This document shows, in pieces, positions 10,143 to 20,387 of a stretch of 64,000 nucleotides of DNA. The notes under the pieces are model-generated. The model was not told the DNA's origin. It searched no databases and was given only the letters and a program-made list of their open reading frames with translations. The stretch is from Patescibacteria group bacterium (lineage in GTDB: Bacteria; Patescibacteriota; Doudnabacteria; UBA920). Positions within the stretch are counted from its first letter, which is position 1. The number at the start of each line of letters is the position of its first letter. The position numbers and the translations under genes are program-made. Location of the stretch: contig JAMDAY010000030.1 of the NCBI GenBank assembly GCA_023484515.1, forward strand, positions 1,320-65,319, read 5' to 3'.

Positions 10143-12542
10143 TTAGCGCGGCGGCTTAGTGGTACAAATTAGGTCTTCCTCCTGGCTGCTTTTTATGGAG
10201 AGAGGTATCTTGGAATCATTGATAATGAGCAGGCCTTTGCCAATTTCCAAGCGTTCCAAATAAGCGCGCTCGGGTTTGTTAATATGAACTTTTTCGTTGA
10301 GCTTATCAAAAGAGTCACTGACTTTGTGCTTCATGATCAAGGTCAGGGAAGACTGGTCAAATAAGTCTGAGGTGCGCGCAAACCCGCTGTTGTAATAATG
10401 GTTAATGGATTGGACAATGGTCGTGACCCCCGAGTTGTATTTCCTGCCCCGCAACGCCAAGGAAGCCAGCTTTTCCACAATCAGGCTGGATTGGAACAGT
10501 TGGCTGGCTTCGTCCACAATCAAGCTTTTAAACCGGGCTTTGTTTTTGGGATGGTTAATGTAACTCCAATAACTTTCTAAAATCACGGCCACCACAAAGT
10601 CTCGCTTGTCCACGTACTTTAAGGCAAAAACAATTAAGTCATCGCTGGCAAAATCAATATTTTGCTGCTTGTTAAACAGGTAGTACTGTGGATGCCGCGG
10701 TTCGGTGTAAGACCTTAGGACCGTAAGCAAGTTTTCGATTGTTCGGTTTTTTACCAGCCGGTCAATCTCCCTGATAAAGTCCTTGAGTACCGGTTGGTGG
10801 TTATTTTGGAGGCACTGCTCATACACAGCACCGATAGCTTTTTCCAACTGCGTCATGTCAGTTACGCTGATTTTTTCGTTCTGGTAGAGTTTCTGGAAAA
10901 GCTGCCTGACAAACTCGATTTTTTGCGCCTTGTACTCCGGGCCTGGAATGTGGAAAGGGTTAATGTAATAAATGGATCGATCGGAAAGCTCTATGTATTT
11001 GCCTTTGAGATAACTGGTGACCATTTCAAATTCGTTCTCCACGTCCAGGACAAATGACTGGTAGCCGATCATGCGGCTGCGGATGAGGTCTAGCTTGATA
11101 AAATAGGATTTGCCCGCGCCGGTGGAAGCGATAATTGAGCGGTTGTAGCTTTCCAGCTCTTTAATGTCTATGGTAACCAAGGAGCGGTTGATTTCGTCTA
11201 CGCCGTAAAGGATGCCAGTATTAGAAGAAATTTGTGGGGTAATGAAGGGAAAAGTAAAAGCCGCGACTGAGGTGTCAATGTCCCTGTGGTTTTTGGTGTC
11301 AGTATTGCTTGCGCCCGCAATGAACGTGCCTTTAAGGCCTTCCAGCTGCTCGTAGTGGTAAATCCTGGACTGCATCATTTTGCGGCTTAAGACCCGCTCC
11401 ATGTTCATGTGCACCATGTTTAAGGCCTGTAAGGTACTGGAACGGAACGTAACCTCGATTTTTAAGTCAATGGGCTTGATCTCTGACTTTAAGTATTGCC
11501 TTTCAATCCGTTCCGTGCTTTCCAGCACCAAGTTGTCAGCGATGTTTTTTGGCTTGTGCGCTTGGGTCTCGTCAAAAATTTTGGATTCAATGCGGTGGCG
11601 CTTTTCGGTAATTTTCATCACGGTCTCTTTGGGGTCTTTGCTGGTAAAGGTAAACATAAGGTCTGAGGCGTAAGGGAACATGATGATTTCCTTAAACCAG
11701 TCAATATAGGCATAAGAACCGAGTTCACTAATGAATTCCGATCGCAGGAGGTTTTTGCCGTTAATACTTAACAAATCAATGTTTTCTTCTTCAATAAAAT
11801 CCGGGCTGATTTTGTTAATGATGGAAAACGGCAGGCCTTGCTCTAAAGCCTTTTTGCGAAAGTCCTCAATGTGCCCGTAAAACTGCCGGTTATGGAGGAA
11901 TTTCTCTTCATCCAGGTAAGCCATTATCACCCGGACAAGCTCTTCGGTTTCCATAATTTTGACTTTTAAATTTATAGCCTGGAGCTGCGACTTAAAAGTG
12001 GTGAGGATGGCAATCATGCTTTGCCTGGCTTCTTGGAATATTTCCTGTTCGGTAATCCGCCGCCTTTTTTTGCCATCCTTTTCTTCCCGGCTGACAATGT
12101 CTTTGGACAACGTGTATTTCAGCTCGCTGAATTCCAACAACAGGAAGAATTTTTTGGTGATAATCTCGTAGTCTTTGCTGATGTCCCGGATAAAGTCGGC
12201 GTATTTTTCAAACAGGTCATAGGTGCCCAGGCCGCGGATGCTGTAGGCGTGCTCCAGTTGGCCGATATAGTCATCGGCGTTGGTCTTGCGGGTTTGCACT
12301 AAGACCCGCAGCGGGTACTTTACGTCAATTTCCCTGAGGACCTGCTCAAAGCCTGTAATGGCTCGCTTCTTTTCCGCTTCATCCATGAGGCCAAAGTTGG
12401 CCGGAAAAACTTCCAGGCACATGCGGTATGAGCCGTTCTTCATAATTAGGCAGCCGCCCTTGATGTCCTTGAACTGCCAAAAATTAGCCAGGGTCTGGAA
12501 TTTAGGCTTGGTTTTGAAAAAGAGCTTATTGATAAATGACAT
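10143..12542 (-). CDS. virB4: VirB4-like conjugal transfer ATPase (fused form)
   Basis: Walker A ASTGAGKS, INPF, Walker B IVDEA, RGRKY. Confidence 0.9.
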   Translation of the reverse strand: MSFINKLFFKTKPKFQTLANFWQFKDIKGGCLIMKNGSYRMCLEVFPANFGLMDEAEKKRAITGFEQVLREIDVKYPLRVLVQTRKTNADDYIGQLEHAYSIRGLGTYDLFEKYADFIRDISKDYEIITKKFFLLLEFSELKYTLSKDIVSREEKDGKKRRRITEQEIFQEARQSMIAILTTFKSQLQAINLKVKIMETEELVRVIMAYLDEEKFLHNRQFYGHIEDFRKKALEQGLPFSIINKISPDFIEEENIDLLSINGKNLLRSEFISELGSYAYIDWFKEIIMFPYASDLMFTFTSKDPKETVMKITEKRHRIESKIFDETQAHKPKNIADNLVLESTERIERQYLKSEIKPIDLKIEVTFRSSTLQALNMVHMNMERVLSRKMMQSRIYHYEQLEGLKGTFIAGASNTDTKNHRDIDTSVAAFTFPFITPQISSNTGILYGVDEINRSLVTIDIKELESYNRSIIASTGAGKSYFIKLDLIRSRMIGYQSFVLDVENEFEMVTSYLKGKYIELSDRSIYYINPFHIPGPEYKAQKIEFVRQLFQKLYQNEKISVTDMTQLEKAIGAVYEQCLQNNHQPVLKDFIREIDRLVKNRTIENLLTVLRSYTEPRHPQYYLFNKQQNIDFASDDLIVFALKYVDKRDFVVAVILESYWSYINHPKNKARFKSLIVDEASQLFQSSLIVEKLASLALRGRKYNSGVTTIVQSINHYYNSGFARTSDLFDQSSLTLIMKHKVSDSFDKLNEKVHINKPERAYLERLEIGKGLLIINDSKIPLSIKSSQEEDLICTTKPPR

Positions 12543-12984
12543 GGGAGAGGTAGTTGCCTATGAAAGCCAAAAGGAGGAGGCCTAAGGCCAAGGCAATAAA
12601 AATAATAATAAAAGTTTTCATATGGTTTTCTTCCTGGTAAACGAGTTGTTTGGCTTTAAAGCTGGCCGTGCCGCTTGCGGCATGGTGGTGGTAGATTAAG
12701 GCTTTAGGCTGGTTTTTGTAGTAGAAGAAAATAAAGAGCAGGTGACGATAAAAATTTCTGCCATGAATTTCGGCAATGCCGCAAAGCGATAAAGTGGCTA
12801 AAGCAAACATGCCCAGGCCGGTTGGCAGTTGTTTGTCCACTAGGCTAAATACTCCAAGGCCGACAAACAGCGTGGCAATAAATACCAGCACAATTTGTCT
12901 AAGGCCCAATCCCCAAAACAAGGTAACTTTGTAGCCTTCGATGGATTCAGGGATGTCGATTTTAAATGATTTATCTTCGGGCAT
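12526..12984 (-). CDS. PrgI-like membrane protein
   Basis: IDIPESIE...LFWGLGLRQ, two TM, position before virB4. Confidence 0.75.
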   Translation of the reverse strand: MPEDKSFKIDIPESIEGYKVTLFWGLGLRQIVLVFIATLFVGLGVFSLVDKQLPTGLGMFALATLSLCGIAEIHGRNFYRHLLFIFFYYKNQPKALIYHHHAASGTASFKAKQLVYQEENHMKTFIIIFIALALGLLLLAFIGNYLSHVIYQ

Positions 12985-13001
12985 AGGGGTTTTGGTTTAG
13001 G

Positions 13002-14312
13002 TTAGCTTTTTAATCTCTTTAACCGGTAATAGAGTCCGGCTCCGGACTGCGCGCCTTTCCTGATGACCGAACGGAAGCCTGCCACTTCAGAGGCATTGGC
13101 AATCTGCTGCAGCAAGTTGTTGCTATCCGCGACAATGGCCATACCAACAAGCATCAAGATTAAATTACCCAAAGAGAAGCCGCCGGAGCTTAAAAACACA
13201 AAAACTATGAGCAGGATCAGCAGGTCAAACATCAGTCCAAAGCTGGTCACAAAAAACTTGTGCCAGAAAATCATAGCCATATTCTTGGTCTCGTTAAAAA
13301 ACAACATGGGCGTGAAAATGGGAGACAAAAGGATCATGATCAGCAGCAGGAAATACCGTTTGGCGTTCCTAAACACCACAAAGCCAAACAGGACAACATA
13401 AACCAGCACAAAGATTGTCAGGCCAATTAAGGCCAGGCCAAAGCTGCCGGAAGAATTCCAGAGGCCGTCGGCAATCAAGGCTTTTAAGGCAATGGTTAAA
13501 CCATTGGCTAGCTGGGTATTAAATAAAAAGGTGGCAAAGGCTTGGGCGGTTAGGATTAAGGCTTCGGCCAAGTACCTGGCCAAAAACACCCCGGCAAACC
13601 CCAGCAATATCTTACCCACGTCTCCCACAAAATCGCTGGAGAAGTCCTGGTCCAAGGAAAAAATTATGGCTTTGAAATAGTGGGTCACCACCAGCAAGTA
13701 GACCCAGGCCAAACCGATAATCTCACTGAGCTTAAGCAGGCTGTTAAAATTGGCAATCTGCTGCAGTTTGCCTGGGGACAGGTTCGGGTCGCTATTAAAC
13801 AGTTCAGCTGGCAGGCTGAATAAAAAATTAAAATTAAATTTTTCCACGACTTTTCCCACCACGGTTCCCAGTCCCCGGACTACTTTTTCAATGATAATGC
13901 CTAAGACGTCATTGATAGTCTTTTTGACGCAGTCAATGGTGTCAACCACAATTAAAATACACTTGGGGTCGGTGATGTTGCTTTGGATGTCACTAATTTC
14001 ACTGCCGAGCAGATTGGTGTTATTAATGTCATTCGTGGAGGGCAGTTTGCCCGTAATGTCCTCTTTAACTCCGGCGTAGAAATTGCTCATGTAGGCTTCG
14101 TGAAAGGCAAAGACAAAGGCTCCGGAAAGGAACAACATAATAAAGCCCACAATTACGGTTTGGACGACCAGGTTGGAGCGAACGACGTCATCGTGCTTGC
14201 CAGTGTTTCTTAAGGCTCCGGCAATGGCAATGACAAAAACACCAACCACCATGCTGATGGCGATTATGGCTGGGACATAATGCGCTAAAACAGCTTTAAT
14301 CAGGTTGTCCAT
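13002..14312 (-). CDS. VirB6/TrbL-like polytopic membrane protein
   Basis: about 8-9 TM; RYFLLLIMILLSPI; T4SS context. Confidence 0.65.
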   Translation of the reverse strand: MDNLIKAVLAHYVPAIIAISMVVGVFVIAIAGALRNTGKHDDVVRSNLVVQTVIVGFIMLFLSGAFVFAFHEAYMSNFYAGVKEDITGKLPSTNDINNTNLLGSEISDIQSNITDPKCILIVVDTIDCVKKTINDVLGIIIEKVVRGLGTVVGKVVEKFNFNFLFSLPAELFNSDPNLSPGKLQQIANFNSLLKLSEIIGLAWVYLLVVTHYFKAIIFSLDQDFSSDFVGDVGKILLGFAGVFLARYLAEALILTAQAFATFLFNTQLANGLTIALKALIADGLWNSSGSFGLALIGLTIFVLVYVVLFGFVVFRNAKRYFLLLIMILLSPIFTPMLFFNETKNMAMIFWHKFFVTSFGLMFDLLILLIVFVFLSSGGFSLGNLILMLVGMAIVADSNNLLQQIANASEVAGFRSVIRKGAQSGAGLYYRLKRLKS

Positions 14313-15240
14313 AATTTATTTGGGAGAGGTTGTTAATTTGTTTACAGCCTTCGTAGCCATATTTAAAATATATTTTTGGAGATTTGGCAAAACCTACGCT
14401 GATCCGGCTAAGCGTGAGCTGGCTGTCCACGCCGTTTTTTTCCAGGATTTCGTTGTCAGCCAAAAATATCCGGTTAGATTGCGAGTCCCGGAGCACCAGA
14501 AAAGAAAACAAGCCTGCGGGCTGGGTCTGGGCATTTCGGGATTTGAGTAAGTCCTTGTCTTCCAGGTTCGGGTCGCGGACGTCCAATATTTTATCCCCGA
14601 TTTGCGCTTTCCAATCCGGGCTCGTTTTTATGAATTCAGCCAGTTTAGCCATGGAAGAATAACGCCAGTCATAAAGCTCAATGCCGGTGGCTTTTTCAGT
14701 CTTGTCATCAAGGTCGCAGACCAAGCCGCCAAGTTTTACCAGAGTTGGCTGGTCGCTTAAGAAGCCCTTATCCTTGGCGTACTGGTAGCGGGCACGGGCG
14801 TGATTTTCCAAATAATTGAAGCTTTCCGGCACGACTGTAGACAAGTCACCGCCGGTTAAAGGCGTCAGGCCGCTGTTAATGAACAGAAGATCTTCGAACT
14901 TCCTGCGGACCAACTCCTGGTTCTTTCCTTCCAGCCACTGCTGCAGTTCGCCCGTAAAAGATTCTACAGTTTGGGTCTGGATTTTTTCCTTGTACGCCTG
15001 GCTTTGCCAATAGGTCTCGTCGGCAATTACCGTTTCCCGGGTCGGAGAAGGTTTTGGGTTGCTTACTTTGGGTTGGGGGGAAATGCGCCAGATTTGCAGG
15101 TAGATTGCCACTGCAAACAACAGGCTAATGTACAAAACCGCCCGCAGGTTAAAGTTGGGAACAAAAGTTTTTACCAAACCATCCAGCCTGTAAAGCCAGC
15201 TATTTCTTTTGGGTTGTTTGGTTTCTTGCTCATCGCTCAT
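14296..15240 (-). CDS. single-TM hypothetical protein of the conjugation module
   Basis: 314-aa ORF coupled to neighbours. Confidence 0.65.
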   Translation of the reverse strand: MSDEQETKQPKRNSWLYRLDGLVKTFVPNFNLRAVLYISLLFAVAIYLQIWRISPQPKVSNPKPSPTRETVIADETYWQSQAYKEKIQTQTVESFTGELQQWLEGKNQELVRRKFEDLLFINSGLTPLTGGDLSTVVPESFNYLENHARARYQYAKDKGFLSDQPTLVKLGGLVCDLDDKTEKATGIELYDWRYSSMAKLAEFIKTSPDWKAQIGDKILDVRDPNLEDKDLLKSRNAQTQPAGLFSFLVLRDSQSNRIFLADNEILEKNGVDSQLTLSRISVGFAKSPKIYFKYGYEGCKQINNLSQINYGQPD

Positions 15241-15270
15241 AGGCTAATGTGGTTAATAATTATCTTGGCT

Positions 15271-15642
15271 TTAAGCATTAGACTTTATGCCAACCAGGCC
15301 TAAGACATACAGGATGAGGCCAATGATAAAGATGGCAGCAAAAGTTATGCCCACGCCCACGACCGTGGATCTCAGTCCGGCCTTGGCTTCTTGGGACTTG
15401 ATGGGATCAGAGCCTGAAGACTGCAGCTTAATGCCGTACCAGGCAACCATGATGACCGCGTAGAGGACGGCAATGCCGAAGATGACCCCGATACCGATAT
15501 TGGCAAAATCCCGAACCGGTTTCATTTTATCTGACTCCCAGACTGACATGTCTGGTTTGGGCAGTTCCTGGGCAAGCGCGATTGAGGCGGTTAAAAATAG
15601 GGCGGAGACACTGGCCCCAAGTGAAGCAATAAATTTTTTCAT
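15271..15642 (-). CDS. TrbC/VirB2-like pilin
   Basis: signal peptide (ALA-Q), two TM flanking G...S.G.DP...EAK. Confidence 0.75.
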   Translation of the reverse strand: MKKFIASLGASVSALFLTASIALAQELPKPDMSVWESDKMKPVRDFANIGIGVIFGIAVLYAVIMVAWYGIKLQSSGSDPIKSQEAKAGLRSTVVGVGITFAAIFIIGLILYVLGLVGIKSNA

Positions 15643-15727
15643 TGTTGTTACGTTAGTGTATTAATAATTGAGATACCCTAAAGATATATTCGCTCTCAGC
15701 TATCATTGGAATAGATGTAATTGTTCA

Positions 15728-16615
15728 TCATAAAAAATTAAATAACTTAATTCTTTGGGTAATTTCAGCTTTGAGCAGCCCGTCTTTACTTAACCTAACT
15801 GTGCTTTCTGTTGCATAAATTGGTTCTAAAAATTGCTTGGCTCCGGCAATTAAGTCCAAGTGGGTAGTGACAATGTTGAGTTTTAGAAGGCCAGGGCGGT
15901 TCATAAAAATATTGAGCCAAAAGGAGCGCTCCATCCCTTGGGTTTGGAACACTAACCGCAGAGTGTATTGTTCAGAGTTTTGCAAAGCAAGAAAGTCCCA
16001 GTACCTTTGGACCTTATTAAGCAAGGATTCGTTGGATTTTCGGGTGCGCTCAAATTCCGTGTAAACTTTGTACTCCGCCTGGCTGGTCTTGTAAACTACG
16101 GTGTAATCGGGGGTTAAGGCTTCCACACGTTTGTCGCTTATATAGTCTTGTGTTTGCGAACTGTCTTCGCCTTTAAAGCTAAAACTTAAATTTGCAGACT
16201 TGTTCAAGCTTTCCAAACTGGCCAGCTCCACGATTTGGGCTTCATGCTTGAACAATCCCCAGGACAGCAAAGTCTTGGCTGTCGGGTAATTTTTCAGGCG
16301 CTGCCACTCATACTGGCCACACTCAGTCAAGACTTTTAGTCCTTGTTTGGAAAGCATATAAAACAGCGAGAAGCCGCCGCCGGAAAAAACCTTAAAGCTT
16401 TCCAAAAGTTTAGCCTGCCACATTCGGCGGAGTTTGGTATACATGTACCGGCTCCGCTCTTTTTGGCTGAGGAACCTGGTAATATGGCAGCTGGAGGCCA
16501 GCCTAAACTCCAAGACTAAAGCCAAAATCTCCAACGCGGACTGGTTTATTTCCACGTTATACGGGCTTACGTTAGCCCTGGGGGTGAGTTTTACGTCAAG
16601 GGTGTTTAAATACAT
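15728..16615 (-). CDS. Replication-relaxation (Replic_Relax) family putative relaxase
   Basis: N-terminal wHTH, H motif (FKHEA), PD...EFERT...KVQRY nuclease-like motif; next to VirD4. Confidence 0.75.
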   Translation of the reverse strand: MYLNTLDVKLTPRANVSPYNVEINQSALEILALVLEFRLASSCHITRFLSQKERSRYMYTKLRRMWQAKLLESFKVFSGGGFSLFYMLSKQGLKVLTECGQYEWQRLKNYPTAKTLLSWGLFKHEAQIVELASLESLNKSANLSFSFKGEDSSQTQDYISDKRVEALTPDYTVVYKTSQAEYKVYTEFERTRKSNESLLNKVQRYWDFLALQNSEQYTLRLVFQTQGMERSFWLNIFMNRPGLLKLNIVTTHLDLIAGAKQFLEPIYATESTVRLSKDGLLKAEITQRIKLFNFL

Positions 16616-16632
16616 ATTTTAGTTTTGCTAAA

Positions 16633-19320
16633 TTAAAAATTTACTGCAGCCGGTGCCCGTTCTTTGTCTGGCTCAAAGGTAGTGTGCCTGCCCATGAGCT
16701 CCCGGAAAATTTGCTCCCTTTTAGCCGAGTAATAAATGCCGTTGATATTGTCCCGTTTTTGTTTTATGACTTCCAAAGGCGTGCCATAGCTTTCCATGGT
16801 TTCTTTAATGAAATATTCTTCCGTGTCCCTTAAAATGTCTTTGGGATGGGGAGTTTTTTGGATATTGATGGACATGGCGTCTTGCGGCACGCCTTGGACT
16901 AAAGTTTTGAGGTAAGCCGTGCCGGTCGGCAGGTTAATAATGTCTTCCACGGTAATCCTGCCGCCTAATATCTTTTCGGCGATTTCACTGTCTCCGACTG
17001 ACTGGGTGCGCATGAAGATTTTGGTGGCAATGTTGGACTCAATGGATTTTTGGATGCGCTCGTCCAGTTGGCCCATGAATTGGTTGGAAATGACCAAAGC
17101 GGTGTTAAACGCCCGAACTTCGGAAAACAGGGTTTCAAAGATGTCGCTGGCCACCCTTTGGAACTCGTCAATAACGAACACACACGGTTTGCGGTCTTCG
17201 CTATTCAGCCTGGCTTGGCCGAAAATTGCTTCGGCAATATGGGCGGAGAGGTATACCGAGTAGTACTTTTTCAGCTGCTCGCTGGATGAGCCAAAGTTGG
17301 CAATAAAGATCTTGCCTTGCTTGATCATGTCTTCAAACGTAATCTTGGTTTCCAGACGGTCGGCAATGTTCATGAATTCCTGGTAATCCAAAAATTTGCC
17401 GATCTTGTTGTTGGTCGTGGCCAAGTACCTGGCAAGGTCGTTATTGGAACGCTTTAAGATTGAATCCGTCCAAAAGCTTTGCAACCTTAAGGGCAGGTAC
17501 TTTAAGAGGTTCTTTATTTGGTTGGGTTCGTGCAATAGCTGGTCCAGACCCGAGAGGGACTGGGCAGGCAGCACGTAAGCCGTGGTAAACAGCTGCCTTA
17601 AGATGTTTTCCAGTTCCGGGCCCCAGGAGTTAGCTGAATCAATCTGCACGAACCGCTTCATAATGGAGATTAAAAAGCCTAAACGCTCTTCGTCGCTTTT
17701 GTCCCCGGAAAACTGTGAAAAGAAGGGAAAGCTTAAAGGCTTGTCTTGCTGTTTGGAGGGATTAAAGTAAACTACATCCGCTTTCCGTTCTTCGGGGATC
17801 ATGGTTAAAAGGTCTGTGGCAAAGTCGTTTTTGGGGTCAATAACCAGGCAGGCGGCTTTGTCCTTGCCTGTTTTTTGCAGGACGTGGCTTAGGATGGTTT
17901 TTAAAGTTTCGGATTTGCCGCTGCCAGTGCCGCCAAGAATATAGACATGCTTTTTCATGTCGTCCCAGGTCGGGATGCCAATTTTGGTGTCTTCCTGCAT
18001 GCGGAAGTTAGACTTGCCCAGCTCCACGTAGAAGCTGTCGTCGTATTCGCGCATTTGCTGGCTGGCGGGTTTCTTTTTGAACTTAACAGTCTTAACCGAA
18101 GACACGGTTTGGTCATTGGTATCAGGCAGGTGCCAGAGGGAAAATAGCTCAATGTCAGAAATCACTTGCCCGAAATTCTGGTAGCCTGAAAAAGGCCATA
18201 ACCATAATTTTCGGGTTCTTAAAACCGGCTTGGTGTCTATAATTTGCCGCAGTTGCCCCGAGGTTGCCAAATCCTCCACCTGCCTGGTAAACAGTCTTTT
18301 ATGCTTGAGCATGTTCATGTTCTTTTGGTTGACCTCTGTCAGCACCCCCTGGATGTTGGCCAGTTTTATTTCCGCGTCTTCCGGGGTTTCGGAAACCGCC
18401 CAGTAAGAAATAATGGTTTGAAACAGGGAGGCTTTCATTTTTTCTTCCATGGCAATCTTCAGCGAACTGGCCAAGTCCGAAACAGGCTCCTTTTTGTAGG
18501 AAGGGGTTTGTTTGGCCGCTTGGGCCACTTCTTGCTGCGCCCGTTCCTGGTCTTCAATCAAGTAGTGGATGATTTGGTTGAAGTAATGGGAAGAAGGGGA
18601 GATGAGGATGTTGTAGGCCATAAACCGGCCCTTGGCCAGCGCTTCCATGGTGGAGATAACGGAATCCACGGGGTCGGAGGACACGTCCTTGAAGGTTTTT
18701 ACCCGGTGGTAAAACTTGCCCTCAATGGTGGTTTGGCCGTAACTCAAATAACTTTTTTGATACTTGGCCACCTCTGCCAAAACCGCGTCTTTGTCTAGCA
18801 TGGTGATTTCGGCATTGGGATAGGCATTAAAAATAGCCTTTTCCATCCGTTGGAAAAAGGCTATGGGGATTTGGAGGCGAAAGGATATGTAAGGGTATTG
18901 GGCCCAGACCTGCATCGTGAAAAATACTTGTTTGGCCAGGGCAACTTTCCAATGGCGGTAGAGCTTCTGGAAGAAGTAAAAATACCTGGAAAATTGGTGC
19001 GGCCCTTCAATCGGATCTTGGTAGACCGAATGGAAGGCCTTGAGGATTTTTTGCTGGATCTGGAAGGCTGTGGTTTGGGAGTCTTTGGGAATGGTAATTT
19101 CAAAATACAGCGTTTTGGGGAATTCTTTGTCTAAATCCTTGTTTTTTATTTTAATTTTTTCAAAAGCGTGGAAAATATCAAGGCGGTAAAGGGAGAAAAG
19201 CTGGTAGAGGGAAAATAGAAAAATGGTGCCACAAAGGGTCAATATTCCAGTCGTCCATTCCCAAGTGGGGATTTTCCTGACTGTCTCTAACCACAGCTGG
19301 TAGCCAATGTTATTAGGCAT
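16633..19320 (-). CDS. VirD4/TraD-like type IV coupling ATPase
   Basis: HVYILGGTGSGKS, VIDPKND, VIDEFQ, SEVRAF..ALVISNQ. Confidence 0.88.
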   Translation of the reverse strand: MPNNIGYQLWLETVRKIPTWEWTTGILTLCGTIFLFSLYQLFSLYRLDIFHAFEKIKIKNKDLDKEFPKTLYFEITIPKDSQTTAFQIQQKILKAFHSVYQDPIEGPHQFSRYFYFFQKLYRHWKVALAKQVFFTMQVWAQYPYISFRLQIPIAFFQRMEKAIFNAYPNAEITMLDKDAVLAEVAKYQKSYLSYGQTTIEGKFYHRVKTFKDVSSDPVDSVISTMEALAKGRFMAYNILISPSSHYFNQIIHYLIEDQERAQQEVAQAAKQTPSYKKEPVSDLASSLKIAMEEKMKASLFQTIISYWAVSETPEDAEIKLANIQGVLTEVNQKNMNMLKHKRLFTRQVEDLATSGQLRQIIDTKPVLRTRKLWLWPFSGYQNFGQVISDIELFSLWHLPDTNDQTVSSVKTVKFKKKPASQQMREYDDSFYVELGKSNFRMQEDTKIGIPTWDDMKKHVYILGGTGSGKSETLKTILSHVLQKTGKDKAACLVIDPKNDFATDLLTMIPEERKADVVYFNPSKQQDKPLSFPFFSQFSGDKSDEERLGFLISIMKRFVQIDSANSWGPELENILRQLFTTAYVLPAQSLSGLDQLLHEPNQIKNLLKYLPLRLQSFWTDSILKRSNNDLARYLATTNNKIGKFLDYQEFMNIADRLETKITFEDMIKQGKIFIANFGSSSEQLKKYYSVYLSAHIAEAIFGQARLNSEDRKPCVFVIDEFQRVASDIFETLFSEVRAFNTALVISNQFMGQLDERIQKSIESNIATKIFMRTQSVGDSEIAEKILGGRITVEDIINLPTGTAYLKTLVQGVPQDAMSINIQKTPHPKDILRDTEEYFIKETMESYGTPLEVIKQKRDNINGIYYSAKREQIFRELMGRHTTFEPDKERAPAAVNF

Positions 19321-19779
19321 AGTAAGCAGAAGTTAAATATTCATGCGTACAGTTACTAGCCCTCCCCGGCGTATTTCTGTCCCGCCGCTTCGCGGCGGGC
19401 AACTCTTCCCCCCATCTTTCCTCTCCAGTCTTTGGGTTTGTTTTTAGGTTTTGGTTTTAGTTAGATATTGGAATTTAGGTATTTGGAATTAAGACAAGAT
19501 AATAGGTTAAGGTAAGAATAGATAGTATTGATGTTTAGTAGAGTTAGTATAGATACTAGTCGTTCAGTTGATTCTCTGGTGAGATAGTAGCCACTGGTAA
19601 GGGATTATTAGAACATCAATAGACACAGGTGATTTAGAAGATTTGCTAGTACAATGGGGTTGCACTATTGGTTGTACTAGCCAGCCGCTGGTTCCATAGC
19701 TCCAGCTTAATAGAAAAATCCCTGATTAGCAAGGGGTAGTTTGCCAGCTTGTCAAGAAGACAAGGCTAGCAGGCCAAGG

Positions 19780-19950
19780 TCAGGGGTTTTGCATAAAGTA
19801 GGTTTTAGCAGCGTTCAGGATTTTCCACCAAGGGAAACTTTCAGGATTTTTAGAATTTTTTTTGGTCGCTTCGCTCCCATTGCAAACGGGGGGAAATGCA
19901 GTTTGAGCCAATATTTCTGCGTGCAAATCCCACGGCGGAAGAAAACGCAA
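19780..19950 (-). other. second copy of the LSR 3' end / attP-like site with alternative C-terminus
   Basis: Minus strand reads LRFLPPW...ESFPWW (identical to LSR), then KILNAAKTYFMQNP*. Confidence 0.8.
19824..19950 (+). repeat. left copy of perfect 127-bp inverted repeat
   Basis: base-by-base reverse complement of 24074-24200. Confidence 0.97.
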
Positions 19951-20051
19951 GCGCTTGCCCCACCCTCCCGTGCGCGCGCTAACGCAGCTCCCTATATATT
20001 ATTAAGAGATTAAACAAAAATTTAAAATAATAGCCATAAATGATAGCTATT

Positions 20052-20387
20052 TTAATTTACCCAAACGATCTTATTATCTCTAATCCAAAAGTGACTACCA
20101 CAAGTTCCATATCCTCTCCATAAGGACGGCATTAGCGTTACTCCTTTATTGCTTCTTGTTAGTCTCCAAACTGGATAAATGCTTTTCATCAAATTTACTT
20201 CAATTTTATCGCCACAGCCACACGGACAGGAAAATACTAACCACTTTAAGTGACCCTCATTGACTACTATATAAAAATAGGAACCAAGTCTATCTGGTAG
20301 TTCGTTCAACGATTTAATTTCCCTTGCCTGACCTAACTCACTCTTGCGTTGCCACTTTTTTACTAACTCTTTAAGCCAATTAAACAT
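20052..20387 (-). CDS. DUF6527-like Zn-binding protein
   Basis: CPCGCG...W.L...TL.PSLW...CGSHFWIR. Confidence 0.8.
   Translation of the reverse strand: MFNWLKELVKKWQRKSELGQAREIKSLNELPDRLGSYFYIVVNEGHLKWLVFSCPCGCGDKIEVNLMKSIYPVWRLTRSNKGVTLMPSLWRGYGTCGSHFWIRDNKIVWVN

Noticed and set aside
1-19823. Direct-repeat att site (duplicated tmRNA 3' end) marking the island's left end
   Set aside because: None seen by eye; the boundary is probably outside the window or undefined
19741-20013. 90-aa plus-strand ORF
   Set aside because: Antisense to the duplicated LSR 3' end; no coding signal
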